A stretch of 64,000 nucleotides of DNA from a bacterium (lineage in GTDB: Bacteria; Hinthialibacterota; Hinthialibacteria; Hinthialibacterales; Hinthialibacteraceae). Below, in pieces: positions 19,488 to 29,501 of the stretch. The stretch lies in contig CAXXMV010000003.1 of NCBI GenBank assembly GCA_963662285.2, forward strand, positions 96,001 to 160,000. The letters are read 5' to 3'. A model generated the notes under the pieces. It ran no database searches. It saw nothing but the letters and a program-made list of their open reading frames with translations, and was not told where the DNA came from. Positions within the stretch are counted from its first letter, which is position 1. Every line of letters starts with the position of its first letter. Made by a program: the position numbers and the translations under genes.

Positions 19488-21680
19488 ATGTATAGAATTA
19501 ACTCGATAAAATCAAAAATAATGTTTCTCTGCTCTGGAGCGGTGTTGTTAACTGCCGTCGTTCTGGTTAGCGTACTTGTCTGGCAGAAGGGTATTTTAAC
19601 CACAAAGGTTACTAACGAACTAAATATCCTGGCCCAAAACGAAATCAGTAAAATTGCTAAAGACGTTTACCTGATGTGCCGGGCGACTAGCGAAAGCGTT
19701 AAACAAAAAGTAACTGAAAATGGCAATGTGGCTCGCAGTCTATTGGATAAAGCAGGAAACATCTCCTTATCTGAAGAAACGAACAGCATCAATGTCATTA
19801 ATCAATCTAACAATACATCGAGTCAAGTTCAACTGCCAAAATTAATGGCTGGCGATAAATGGTTGGGCGAATTCGATAGCGCATCAAATAGATTTCCTGT
19901 AGTAGATGAAGTTAACCATCTGGTTGGAAGCATGTGCACAATCTTTCAACGCATGAACGATCAGGGCGATATGCTTCGCATCAGTACAACAATAACTGAT
20001 TCAAATGGCGTACGGCAGATTGGCGCTTATATCCCAGCCAAGATGGCTGACGGCTCATCAAATCCCGTCATTTCAGCTGTTCTGAGAGGATCAACATTTA
20101 ATGGTAGATCAAAAGTCTTAGGTGATTGGTGTCTCTCGGAATACAATCCGATCAAAGATACAAACGGTAATATTGTAGGTATGTTGGGCGTTGCCGTCAA
20201 AGAAGAAAGCGTTAAAAGTTTACGAAACGGCATCATGGATATCGTGGTTGGAAAAACTGGTTATGTCTTCATCCTGGGTGGTTCTGAAGATCAAAAAGGA
20301 GACTATATAATTTCATATAAAGGCGAACGAGATGGAGAAAATATCTTGAACGCCAAAGATACTAATGGCAACCTGTTTATTCAAGAAGTTATACAAAAAG
20401 GTCTTACCACATCTAACGGCAAATCAGAATTTCACTCATACCCCTGGCAGAATAAAGGCGAATCAATTATTCGCAACAAAATTACCGCTATCACTTATTT
20501 CAAGGATTGGGATTGGATTATTGGCGTTGGCGCCTATGAAGAAGATTACTTAGACACTCAACAAAGGGTAAATGATTCGTTGAACACAATGCAATTCATT
20601 ATAATTTTAGGGGCAATTATACTCTGTATTGCATTCGGATTTCTGGCTATATTCATTGCTTCAAAAATCGCCAATCCAATTAAACAAGCCGTTGATTTCG
20701 CTTCCATTGTTGCTGACGGCGATTTGACCAAAACTATTGATAACAAACAAAAGGACGAAGTCGGAGTACTGTGCGCCGCCTTGAACCGCATGGTATCCAG
20801 TACGGCTGAAGCCGTTATGAGCATCCAGGCCGGCGCCGAACAGGTGGCCGCCAGCGCAGAAGAACTCTCCGCTTCATCCCAAAGCCTGGCCAGCGGCGCA
20901 ACCGAACAAGCCGCCAATCTCGAAGAAACATCAGCTTCAATTCAACAACTAACCAGTTCGATTGATGATAACGCGGCCAATGCCAGCGGCGCTAATGATA
21001 TTACCATAAAAGCGGCCTCTGAAGCCGAAGAAGGCGGCAAGGCGGTGCAGGAAACAGTCAGCGCCATGAAAAAAATCGCCGAACAAATCGGCATCATTGA
21101 CGACATCGCCGATCAAACTAACCTGCTGGCTCTCAACGCTGCCATCGAAGCGGCCCGCGCAGGCGAAATGGGTAAAGGATTCGCCGTGGTTGCGGTTGAA
21201 GTTCGAAAACTGGCTGAACGCAGTCAGGAAGCGGCTAAAGAGATCAGTTCCGTTGCTCAAGACAGCGTTATTAAAGCGGAACAAGCTGGCGCATTGATCG
21301 CAAGCGTTGTTCCCGCCATTCAGGATGCTTCCGATAGAGTAAAGGGAATCAATCAATCCTGCGATGAACAATCAAACGGCGCCGATCAAATCAAGCAGGC
21401 CATTATCCAACTGGATGAAGTAACGCAACAAAACTCCGCCGCCAGCGAAGAATCCGCTTCAGCCAGCGAGGAACTCGCTTCACAAGCCCAGTTCCTACAG
21501 GAAACTGTCAGCCGGTTCAAAACAAATCAGCAAAGGTTTAATCCAACTAAGTCACTCAGTCATACCAACAATGATATATATCATACTCAACCTGGCTCAA
21601 ATACAGCATCTTTGCCTGCTCCAACCCGCTTAACATCTAACAGTGGAACTAGCAACGCAGATGAATTCCGTGAATTCTAA
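19488..21680 (+). CDS. Methyl-accepting chemotaxis protein (Cache 3/Cache 2 fusion sensor)
   Basis: TM-Cache-TM-HAMP layout, [31 protein letters not shown]-terminal EFREF; GGAG RBS. Confidence 0.93.
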   Translation: MYRINSIKSKIMFLCSGAVLLTAVVLVSVLVWQKGILTTKVTNELNILAQNEISKIAKDVYLMCRATSESVKQKVTENGNVARSLLDKAGNISLSEETNSINVINQSNNTSSQVQLPKLMAGDKWLGEFDSASNRFPVVDEVNHLVGSMCTIFQRMNDQGDMLRISTTITDSNGVRQIGAYIPAKMADGSSNPVISAVLRGSTFNGRSKVLGDWCLSEYNPIKDTNGNIVGMLGVAVKEESVKSLRNGIMDIVVGKTGYVFILGGSEDQKGDYIISYKGERDGENILNAKDTNGNLFIQEVIQKGLTTSNGKSEFHSYPWQNKGESIIRNKITAITYFKDWDWIIGVGAYEEDYLDTQQRVNDSLNTMQFIIILGAIILCIAFGFLAIFIASKIANPIKQAVDFASIVADGDLTKTIDNKQKDEVGVLCAALNRMVSSTAEAVMSIQAGAEQVAASAEELSASSQSLASGATEQAANLEETSASIQQLTSSIDDNAANASGANDITIKAASEAEEGGKAVQETVSAMKKIAEQIGIIDDIADQTNLLALNAAIEAARAGEMGKGFAVVAVEVRKLAERSQEAAKEISSVAQDSVIKAEQAGALIASVVPAIQDASDRVKGINQSCDEQSNGADQIKQAIIQLDEVTQQNSAASEESASASEELASQAQFLQETVSRFKTNQQRFNPTKSLSHTNNDIYHTQPGSNTASLPAPTRLTSNSGTSNADEFREF

Positions 21681-21817
21681 ATAAAGAATCAAGCGTCCTG
21701 CTTTGTCATAATCGAAGCAGGGCGTGTAATTTCGCATACATAACCTTTCTAGTGAACATCAATCATGATTTACTAAAACATTTTGTAGTAAACAAAACAT
21801 ATAAGTGAGGGATAATT

Positions 21818-23746
21818 ATGATGAGACTCAATATTCGTAACAAGATTTTTATTAGTGTTGTACCGGTAGTTTTGCTCGCATTAGTAGGAACGGGATTGAT
21901 CACCTATAATCAATCATCAAAAACAATCAAAGCTCAAGAATTAAAAGGCATTGAACAACTTACCGATAATCTTGTCCGCACATTAGACCACTGGTTTCAA
22001 TCCAGATTGAAATTCGCGGAGACTATAAGTGAAGACGCAATTTTTGCACAGGCTTGTAAAACAGGCGGAGTTGAAGCTGCCAACCTTTGCCTAAAAAACA
22101 TTTTTGACAAGCATGGAGTTTACGAAAATCTAATCTTGATGAATCCTGACGGAATCACCATCGCCGCCGCGATACCGCAAGCCATTGGATTGGACGTTAA
22201 GTCTGTCCCAGTTTATACCATCAATATTGACAAGGGAAGTCAAGGAAAAACCCATATCGGCGACGCTTTTGCCTCACCTGTTACCGGACGCCCTGTTTCA
22301 TTAATTACCGTACCAGTTTTTGATGCAGGACAAGTTGTAGGTATATTAGGCACCCCCATCGAACTCGAGACTTTCTCTAAGACGTTTATTGATCCCATCA
22401 CTCTTGGCAAGACCGGAAATATTGCGGTTATTGATAAAAACGGCATCACTCTGGCGCATAAGAATAAAGATTATATTTTGAATTTAGATCTTTCAAAACA
22501 CGATTTCGGTAAAAAAATCCTTGCTCAAAAAAATGGCAACCTCGAATATGAGTGGGACGGAATAGATAAAATTGCGGTATTTAAAGAATACGAAAACTTG
22601 AACTGGATCGTTCTTGGTCTGGTGGAAACAGAAGATTTTCTTTCTAGCATTAAAGTTATTCGAACAGTTGTATTTATCTCCATTTTACTATGCTTAATAA
22701 TTGTAGCTTTTATAGTCTTCTACCTTGCTCAATCTATCACCGGTCCGTTAAAAGAAAGCGTTCAATTAGCCAAAAAAATGGCTTTGGGAGATTTCACGGA
22801 AATACTGACCGCCCGAAGCAAAGATGAAGTAGGTGAATTGGTTACAGCGCTCAATGAAATGACTTTAACCCTGACTCCTATAATTGCTCAGATCAATGAA
22901 GCATCAGAACAGGTGGCATCCAGCGCAGAAGAACTTTCCTCTTCTTCCCAAAATCTTGCTAGCGGCGCTACCGAGCAAGCCGCTAATCTCGAAGAGACTT
23001 CCGCATCTATCCAACAACTTACCAGTTCTATCCAAGATAACGCTACCAATGCCAGTGATACCAATAACATCACAATTAAAGCTGCCTCCGAAGCCGAAGA
23101 AGGCGGCAAAGCTGTTCAAGATACTGTCGGCGCTATGAAAAAAATCGCTGAACAAATCGGCATTATCGACGACATCGCCGACCAAACCAACCTTCTGGCT
23201 CTCAATGCCGCCATCGAAGCGGCCCGCGCTGGAGAAATGGGTAAAGGATTCGCCGTGGTTGCCGTCGAAGTACGCAAACTGGCCGAACGTAGTCAGGAAG
23301 CAGCTAAAGAGATCAGTTCCGTCGCTCAAGACAGCGTTGTTCAGGCTGAACGTGCAGGCGCCTTGATTCAAAACGTTGTACCCGCCATCCAGGATGCTTC
23401 CGATAGAGTCAAGGGAATCAATCAATCCTGCAATGAGCAAGCCAACGGCGCCGATCAAATCAAGCAAGCCATTGTCCAATTGGATGAGGTCACCCAACAA
23501 AACTCAGCCGCCAGTGAACAATCCGCTTCGGCAAGCGAGGAACTCGCTTCACAAGCGCAATTCCTACAAGAAACAGTTAACCGCTTCAAGATTAATCGAC
23601 AATTCATCCATGCCAATTCATCCACCAGTAAACCAATAAGTAGTTATAACGCACGACCTGGTTCATCCAGGGCATCTCTTCCGGCGCCTTCCCGCTTCTC
23701 AAAAAAAGATGAAATTAATGATGCGGATGAATTCAGTGAATTCTAA
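21818..23746 (+). CDS. Methyl-accepting chemotaxis protein (dCache sensor)
   Basis: Same MCP signalling hairpin, dCache-like [11 protein letters not shown]-terminal EFSEF. Confidence 0.93.
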   Translation: MMRLNIRNKIFISVVPVVLLALVGTGLITYNQSSKTIKAQELKGIEQLTDNLVRTLDHWFQSRLKFAETISEDAIFAQACKTGGVEAANLCLKNIFDKHGVYENLILMNPDGITIAAAIPQAIGLDVKSVPVYTINIDKGSQGKTHIGDAFASPVTGRPVSLITVPVFDAGQVVGILGTPIELETFSKTFIDPITLGKTGNIAVIDKNGITLAHKNKDYILNLDLSKHDFGKKILAQKNGNLEYEWDGIDKIAVFKEYENLNWIVLGLVETEDFLSSIKVIRTVVFISILLCLIIVAFIVFYLAQSITGPLKESVQLAKKMALGDFTEILTARSKDEVGELVTALNEMTLTLTPIIAQINEASEQVASSAEELSSSSQNLASGATEQAANLEETSASIQQLTSSIQDNATNASDTNNITIKAASEAEEGGKAVQDTVGAMKKIAEQIGIIDDIADQTNLLALNAAIEAARAGEMGKGFAVVAVEVRKLAERSQEAAKEISSVAQDSVVQAERAGALIQNVVPAIQDASDRVKGINQSCNEQANGADQIKQAIVQLDEVTQQNSAASEQSASASEELASQAQFLQETVNRFKINRQFIHANSSTSKPISSYNARPGSSRASLPAPSRFSKKDEINDADEFSEF

Positions 23747-23777
23747 GGCAACTCAATCCTTAATAACGTAAATAGAC

Positions 23778-23816
23778 GCGCCTCTTTTCTTTCAATAGAA
23801 AAGGGGCGCATATTTT
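23778..23816 (+). terminator. Intrinsic terminator
   Basis: GCGCCTCTTTTCT / AGAAAAGGGGCGC followed by ATATTTT. Confidence 0.7.
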
Positions 23817-23982
23817 ATCATCCTCTCTAATACATAAGTCATATCAATACAGAGTATTAAAAGTCAATCTGCAATAATGCTGCTAAAATCTTTCCATGAT
23901 CATAATCAACTATAAAGATGTGCTGTAAAATGTCGATACTGGTACTAAGCACTTTAATTGAAATGACGAGGGCAGGTTGATT

Positions 23983-24180
23983 ATGCCAAGTAATAGAGAT
24001 CCAGATGATCCTACGCGCTCCGAGCGCACGCCATTCAATATCCAGGCGGATTTCCGCGAAACGGACCGCTCGTTTCGCATAAAGTTGGGCGCCATGCTGC
24101 CCAATGAGTTATCCGACCGGGTAAACGAAATTATCTCCGCCCGTTTTCCAGATGTGGAAAAAGAGCAGGAAGCAATTTAG
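23983..24180 (+). CDS. Small hypothetical protein (65 aa)
   Basis: GC-richer ORF in AT-rich intergenic DNA with a purine-rich upstream; no recognisable motif. Confidence 0.45.
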   Translation: MPSNRDPDDPTRSERTPFNIQADFRETDRSFRIKLGAMLPNELSDRVNEIISARFPDVEKEQEAI

Positions 24181-24231
24181 TTATTTCCCTTTCCCCTATA
24201 ATTTATTCAAAATTACCTGATTTATCAACAC

Positions 24232-24259
24232 TTAGTTTATAATAGACGCTATGTTTCAT
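24232..24259 (+). other. dif-like 28-mer (candidate XerC/D site)
   Basis: TTAGTTTATAA-TAGACG-CTATGTTTCAT; right arm 8/11 to the E. coli XerD arm TTATGTTAAAT; lies at the G/C bias switch. Confidence 0.35.
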
Positions 24260-24260
24260 A

Positions 24261-24286
24261 GGGCGCCCACTAGAGGCGCACCCTAC
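24261..24286 (-). repeat. GTAG-type REP, family A (reverse)
   Basis: GGGCGCCCACTAGAGGCGCACCCTAC. Confidence 0.8.
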
Positions 24287-24363
24287 TTTTTGTGCGGCTA
24301 TCAATAATACTTAAAAAATCATAATATGTTTGAGTTTGTAAAATTCGAATATGGAGAAAATCG

Positions 24364-26466
24364 ATGTGGACTTGGCGTTCAGAATTTAAATTAGTGCTTT
24401 CAATTTGTGTCTGTTTTACTATATTGGGAGGTTCTACTATAGTGGCATTTGGAAATGATGGATTTCGTCCTCCGGCGGTTCCTTTGATGGTTCATGATCC
24501 CTACTTCAGCATGTGGTCGATGAATGATTGTTTAACTGATGATTGGACCAAACATTGGACCGGGCAGACTCAAGCCATGTGCGGTCTGGTGCGTATTGAT
24601 GATAAACCATATCGCATCATTGGCCCGCAGCCGGATAAGGTTCCTGCGCTGAAGCAATTATCGGTTGAAGTTTTGCCGACTAGAACCATTTATTCTTTTC
24701 AAGGCGGTGGGATTGAGATTGAATTGACCTTTTTGTCTCCATTGCTGGTTGATAATCTGGAGATACTGAGCCGTCCGGTTAGTACGATTAATTGGAGAGT
24801 GCAATCGATTGACGGCAAAAAACATGAGGTATCGGTTTATTTGGATATTACTGGTGAACTGGTAGTTGATAATGCAAATCAAGCGATTACATGGACACGG
24901 TTGAAGATTGACGATATGAATGTGCTGCGTATGGGTACGGTGGAGCAGCCGGTGTTGGAGAAGACGGGCGACAGGCGGTGCATCGATTGGGGATATGGTT
25001 ATCTGATCGCTTCTGAAGATACAGATACGGTGATTGCAGAAGATAAATTAACGCGGAACCTTTTTGTTGAAAACGGGAAATTACCCGATACCGATGATTT
25101 TCAGATGCCCCGCGCTGCTTCTGATAAATGGCCGGTTATGGCTGGTCTGATGGATTTCGGCAATATCGGAGAACATCAGGTTGACCGTCAAATTCATGTC
25201 GCTTATGACGACCTCTATTCGATTGAATATCTTGACCGCCCCTTGAAGCCTTATTGGCGCAAGTTCTACAACAATGCGCAGGAATTGATTAGCGCTGCGG
25301 TGGGGCAGTATGATGAAGTGTTGGCTAAATGCATCAGGTTCGATGAAGAACTGATGAAGGATATGGAACGAATCGGCGGCGCTAAATTCGCTGATATCGG
25401 GGCGTTGGCTTACCGTCAATGTCTGGGGGCGCATAAACTGGCGATGGATTTTGATGGAACGCCATTGCATTTCTCTAAAGAAAACTTCAGCAATGGCTGC
25501 ATCGCTACAGTTGACGTCACTTATCCGGCATCACCGTTTTTTATGTTGTTTAACACTGAACTTTTGAAAGGTCAGATGATTCCCATATTGGAATACGCCG
25601 GGTCGAAGCGCTGGGTTTTTCCATTTGCGCCGCATGACCTGGGGCAGTATCCCAAAGCTAATGGGCAGGTTTATGGCGGGGGCGAGAAATCTGAAGAGAA
25701 TCAAATGCCGGTTGAAGAATCGGGCAATATGCTGATTATGTGCGCCGTTATCGCCCGGATTGAAGGTAATGCCGATTTCGTCAAAGAATACTGGCCTTTG
25801 TTGAGCCGATGGGCTGAGTTTCTGGAGCAGCAAGGCATGAACCCTGAAAACCAACTATGCACTGATGACTTCGCCGGACATCTGGCGCATAACAGCAACC
25901 TTTCGCTTAAAGCCATCATGGCCTTGGGCGGCTTTTCTAAACTATGCGCTATGGTGGGCGATGATGAAAAAGCGCAATACTATTTGAATCTCTCCAAACA
26001 GATGGCGCAGCAGTGGATCAAGATTGCTGATGATGGCGATCATTACCGTTTGGCGTTTGATAAATCAGGAACCTGGAGCCAGAAATATAATCTGGTATGG
26101 GATGAATTGCTGGATTTAGACTTGTTTCCCGAAGAGGTAGTCAAAAAAGAGATTGCCTATTATAAGACGGTGATGAATTCATACGGGTTGCCTTTGGATA
26201 ACCGTTCGAAATATACCAAGGCTGATTGGCTGGTGTGGACGGCGTCGCTTACCGATAACCGGGATGATTTTATTAGTTTTATTGATCCATTACACCGTTT
26301 CCTGAATGAAACGCCTGACCGCATCCCATTCACTGACTGGTATTGGACCCATGAACCGAAACAACGCGGTTTTCAGGCCCGGTCTGTTGTCGGGGGGGTG
26401 CTTATTCCATTGTTGTATGATGATGATATTTGGGAGAAATGGTCGCGGCGGTCTATGGTGAAGTAG
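24364..26466 (+). CDS. Glutaminase-A-like (DUF5127/DUF4965/DUF1793) secreted protein
   Basis: RPPAVPLMVHDPYFSMWS, SKENFSNGCIATVDVTYP, APHDLGQYP, MPVEESGNM, TDDFAG, WSQKYNL and ARSVVGG. Confidence 0.88.
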   Translation: MWTWRSEFKLVLSICVCFTILGGSTIVAFGNDGFRPPAVPLMVHDPYFSMWSMNDCLTDDWTKHWTGQTQAMCGLVRIDDKPYRIIGPQPDKVPALKQLSVEVLPTRTIYSFQGGGIEIELTFLSPLLVDNLEILSRPVSTINWRVQSIDGKKHEVSVYLDITGELVVDNANQAITWTRLKIDDMNVLRMGTVEQPVLEKTGDRRCIDWGYGYLIASEDTDTVIAEDKLTRNLFVENGKLPDTDDFQMPRAASDKWPVMAGLMDFGNIGEHQVDRQIHVAYDDLYSIEYLDRPLKPYWRKFYNNAQELISAAVGQYDEVLAKCIRFDEELMKDMERIGGAKFADIGALAYRQCLGAHKLAMDFDGTPLHFSKENFSNGCIATVDVTYPASPFFMLFNTELLKGQMIPILEYAGSKRWVFPFAPHDLGQYPKANGQVYGGGEKSEENQMPVEESGNMLIMCAVIARIEGNADFVKEYWPLLSRWAEFLEQQGMNPENQLCTDDFAGHLAHNSNLSLKAIMALGGFSKLCAMVGDDEKAQYYLNLSKQMAQQWIKIADDGDHYRLAFDKSGTWSQKYNLVWDELLDLDLFPEEVVKKEIAYYKTVMNSYGLPLDNRSKYTKADWLVWTASLTDNRDDFISFIDPLHRFLNETPDRIPFTDWYWTHEPKQRGFQARSVVGGVLIPLLYDDDIWEKWSRRSMVK

Positions 26467-26490
26467 GTATGTTGAATCGGAAGTGATCGT

Positions 26491-26748
26491 ATCAAGGGCA
26501 GAAAATACACTGCCCTTGGCACCCGCTCATCATTAACATAAGTTGTTTTGAAATTCCCCCTCACCCTTTCCCTCTCCCATCGGGAGAGGGGAAGCGTTGA
26601 TAGAAGGTGATAGATTTTAATAAGTGGCTTGATCAAGGGCTGACCGCATTGCGGTCTTGCTCTTGCCACCCGTCTCTCCCGATGGGAGAGGGGAGGTGTT
26701 GATAGACGGTGTTTGGTGATTCGGGCGCCCACGAGGGGCGCGCCCTAC
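26491..26748. repeat. Mosaic repeat cluster (families C, D, C, partial D, A)
   Basis: C-like 26491-26525, D 26556-26591, C 26632-26672, D core 26674-26693, A reverse 26723-26748. Confidence 0.85.
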
Positions 26749-26792
26749 AGGATTTATGGAATTCTTTATAAAACGATAAAGAAGGTGTGATT

Positions 26793-28382
26793 ATGGAGAG
26801 ACGGCAGTTTTTGAAAACTTCGATGAGTTCGTTATTGGGGATCAACTTTTTGGCGAATGTCAGCAGGGGTGATGCTAAAACCAAACGTCCCAATATTCTC
26901 TTTTGCATCGCAGATGACGCCTCTTATCCACACATGAGCGCTTATGGCTGTCCTTGGGTTGATAGTCCGGGTTTTGACCGGGTGGCTAAGGATGGGATTT
27001 TATTTACTCATGCTTATACTCCAAACGCCAAGTGTTCGCCGTCACGCGCATGCATCTTAACTGGTCGCAACTCTTGGCAATTGGAAGAGGCCGCAAACCA
27101 TATATGTAATTTTCCACAGAAATTCAAAACTTATCCAGAGACATTGTCGGAGAATGGGTATTTTGTAGGATTTACGGGAAAAGGTTGGGCGCCGGGGAAT
27201 CCTGGTGAGATTAATGGTAAGAAACGTCAACTCACTGGTAAAGCATATCAGAAGAAAACTACCAGACCTCCAGCTAAGGCTATCAGCAACCGTGATTATA
27301 CTGAGAATTTCCGTGATTTTATGGATGACAAACCTGATGATCAGCCGTTCTGCTTCTGGTATGGCGGTCATGAACCGCATCGGGGCTATGAGTATGGCGC
27401 CGGGATCCGTAAAGGGAATAAAGATATAAGTGATCTGGATCGCGTCTTATCTCATTGGCCGGATAACGATACGGTGCGGACCGATATGCTGGATTACGCC
27501 TTTGAGATTGAGTATTTTGACAAGCATCTGCGTCAGATTCTCGACCTGTTGGAAGAAAAAGGCGAACTTGATAATACCATCGTGGTAGTTACAGCTGATA
27601 ATGGTATGCCGTTTCCCAGAGTTAAGGGGCAGGAATACGAGCAATCCAATCACATGCCGTTGGCGGTTATGTGGAACGATGGCATCAAGAATACTGGCCT
27701 GGTGGTGGAAGATTACGTCAGTTTTATCGACCTGGCGCCGACGTTTCTGGATGCGGCTGGCGTGGATGGGGAGGATTGCGGTATGCAGCCCATTACGGGG
27801 CAGAGTTGGCGCGGAATATTTAATACATTCAAATCCGGGCAAGTTGATCCGAAGAAAGACCATGTGCTGATTGGCAAAGAGCGTCATGATATCGGGCGGC
27901 CTGATAATGTAGGGTATCCAGTGCGCGGCATCGTCAAGAACGGATATCTTTATTTGCATAATTTTAAGCCCGACCGTTGGCCGGCGGGCAATCCTGAGAC
28001 GGGCTATACCAATACTGATGGCAGCCCGACCAAGACTGAGGTTTTGCAGACGCGCAAAGATTCCAGGCCGGTTAAGTATTGGCAAGGCAGTTTCGGCAAG
28101 CGTCCCCAGGAAGAACTTTATGACGTGCGGATTGATGCTGATTGCACGAATAACCTGGCCGGGATTGCCAGTTATGAGAAGCTCAAAAAACAACTGAAAG
28201 AGCAGTTGTTCAAGGAATTGAAAGAGCAAGGGGATCCACGTATGTTTGGCAGGGGTGATATTTTTGATGAGTATCTCTATGCTGATAATAAATGGAATAA
28301 CCTCTATGAAAAGTTGATGAGAAAAGAGATTGAGACTCCAGGATGGATTAATCCATCGGATATTGAAGAAAGATTGGATTAA
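26793..28382 (+). CDS. Tat-exported sulfatase (sulfamidase-like)
   Basis: ERRQFLK Tat motif, PNILFCIADD, CSPSRACILTG formylglycine motif and ADNG. Confidence 0.93.
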   Translation: MERRQFLKTSMSSLLGINFLANVSRGDAKTKRPNILFCIADDASYPHMSAYGCPWVDSPGFDRVAKDGILFTHAYTPNAKCSPSRACILTGRNSWQLEEAANHICNFPQKFKTYPETLSENGYFVGFTGKGWAPGNPGEINGKKRQLTGKAYQKKTTRPPAKAISNRDYTENFRDFMDDKPDDQPFCFWYGGHEPHRGYEYGAGIRKGNKDISDLDRVLSHWPDNDTVRTDMLDYAFEIEYFDKHLRQILDLLEEKGELDNTIVVVTADNGMPFPRVKGQEYEQSNHMPLAVMWNDGIKNTGLVVEDYVSFIDLAPTFLDAAGVDGEDCGMQPITGQSWRGIFNTFKSGQVDPKKDHVLIGKERHDIGRPDNVGYPVRGIVKNGYLYLHNFKPDRWPAGNPETGYTNTDGSPTKTEVLQTRKDSRPVKYWQGSFGKRPQEELYDVRIDADCTNNLAGIASYEKLKKQLKEQLFKELKEQGDPRMFGRGDIFDEYLYADNKWNNLYEKLMRKEIETPGWINPSDIEERLD

Positions 28383-28409
28383 GGTTTATGGATTTGGGAT
28401 ATTTATTAT

Positions 28410-29243
28410 ATGAATATAAAATCAATTATTGATAATACGCCGGATGCAGCGCATTTATGGGATGGCAAGTATAAGATTCCCTGGGATGATGTGGCGTTCA
28501 GCCGCAGAATGTTGAACGAGCATCTCTCGCAGGATCATGACCTGGCCAGCCGTAAGCAGGGAATTATAAAAGCGCAGGTTGAATGAATTCATGAAAAACT
28601 GAATAGTTCGTCTGCAAAGCGTCTGCTTGATGTTGGATGCGGACCGGGGCTGTATATCGAGCAGTTGGTTAAACTGGGATATGAATGCAGCGGGATCGAT
28701 TTTTCTCCCGCTTCTATAGAATACGCCAGAAACCATCTGGGTGACAAAGCGCATTTGATTGAAGGCGACGTTCGTACGGTAGACTTTGGCGAAGGTTATG
28801 ATATGGTCATGATGCTCTATGGCGAGTTGGATGTCTTCTCTCCAACAGAAAGCAAGCGAATATTGCAGAAAGTCCATAGTGCATTGAAGCCCGGCGGCCA
28901 GTTATTGCTTGAGGTTCATAAATTTGATGCAGTTAAGCGGTGTGGTGAGGCGCCAGGCAGTTGGTATAAATCGGGCGCTGGTTTGACGGGGCTTCTTTCT
29001 GATGATCCGCATATCTGTTTAATTGAAAACCATTGGTTTGATAAACAGAATACATCTTTGCAGGTTTTTAATGTTATATATGCTGACAGCGGTGAGGTTG
29101 AGTCATACCGTAGTACGACTCAAGCCCGGACGGATGGGGAATATAAGAATTTATTGATTGAATCGGGTTTTACCAATCCAACATTTCATGCTGATTGGCC
29201 GCTTCAGAATGAGGACTTTGCTTTTATCAGTGCAGTTAAATAA
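28410..29243 (+). pseudogene. Class I SAM-dependent methyltransferase with an in-frame TGA at codon 59
   Basis: Continuous frame KIPWDDVAFSRRMLNEHLSQDHDLASRK...QVE*IHEK...LLDVGCGPGLY; TGA at 28584-28586. Confidence 0.8.
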
Positions 29244-29285
29244 TATTCAGGTACGTAACAAAGTAAATAATGGGAGGATGAAATA

Positions 29286-29486
29286 GTGGATTTATTAGCG
29301 CCTTTTCTCTATCAGTTTATTGGAGGCGGTTTGTTGTTGCTGGCGGGGATGTTCGGGGCGGTTCGAGTGGGCGCCATTGATCTTTCATCAGGTAAAGACC
29401 GCTTGTGGACGGTGCTGGTTTTCGGTGTTGTTGCAGCGTACTTTATCGTGCAGGCCGCATTCCAATTTATTTTCGGCGCTTCTTAA
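29286..29486 (+). CDS. Small two-helix membrane protein upstream of the symporter
   Basis: GGAGG RBS, GTG start, two hydrophobic helices, 15 nt before the SSS gene. Confidence 0.75.
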   Translation: MDLLAPFLYQFIGGGLLLLAGMFGAVRVGAIDLSSGKDRLWTVLVFGVVAAYFIVQAAFQFIFGAS

Positions 29487-29501
29487 GGAAAGGTATATTA
29501 A

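Noticed and set aside
22904-23500. Long antisense ORFs (198 aa here, 260 aa at 27447-28229, 174 aa at 39033-39557)
   Set aside because: They shadow well-supported genes on the opposite strand and have no motifs of their own
26491-26748. Repeat clusters as a CRISPR array
   Set aside because: The units are heterogeneous and dispersed, with no constant repeat-spacer period and no cas genes
28584-28586. TGA as selenocysteine or genome-wide recoding
   Set aside because: TGA terminates several clear genes here (e.g. 12726, 38552, 57512), the context suggests Trp rather than Cys, and no SECIS-like hairpin was evident
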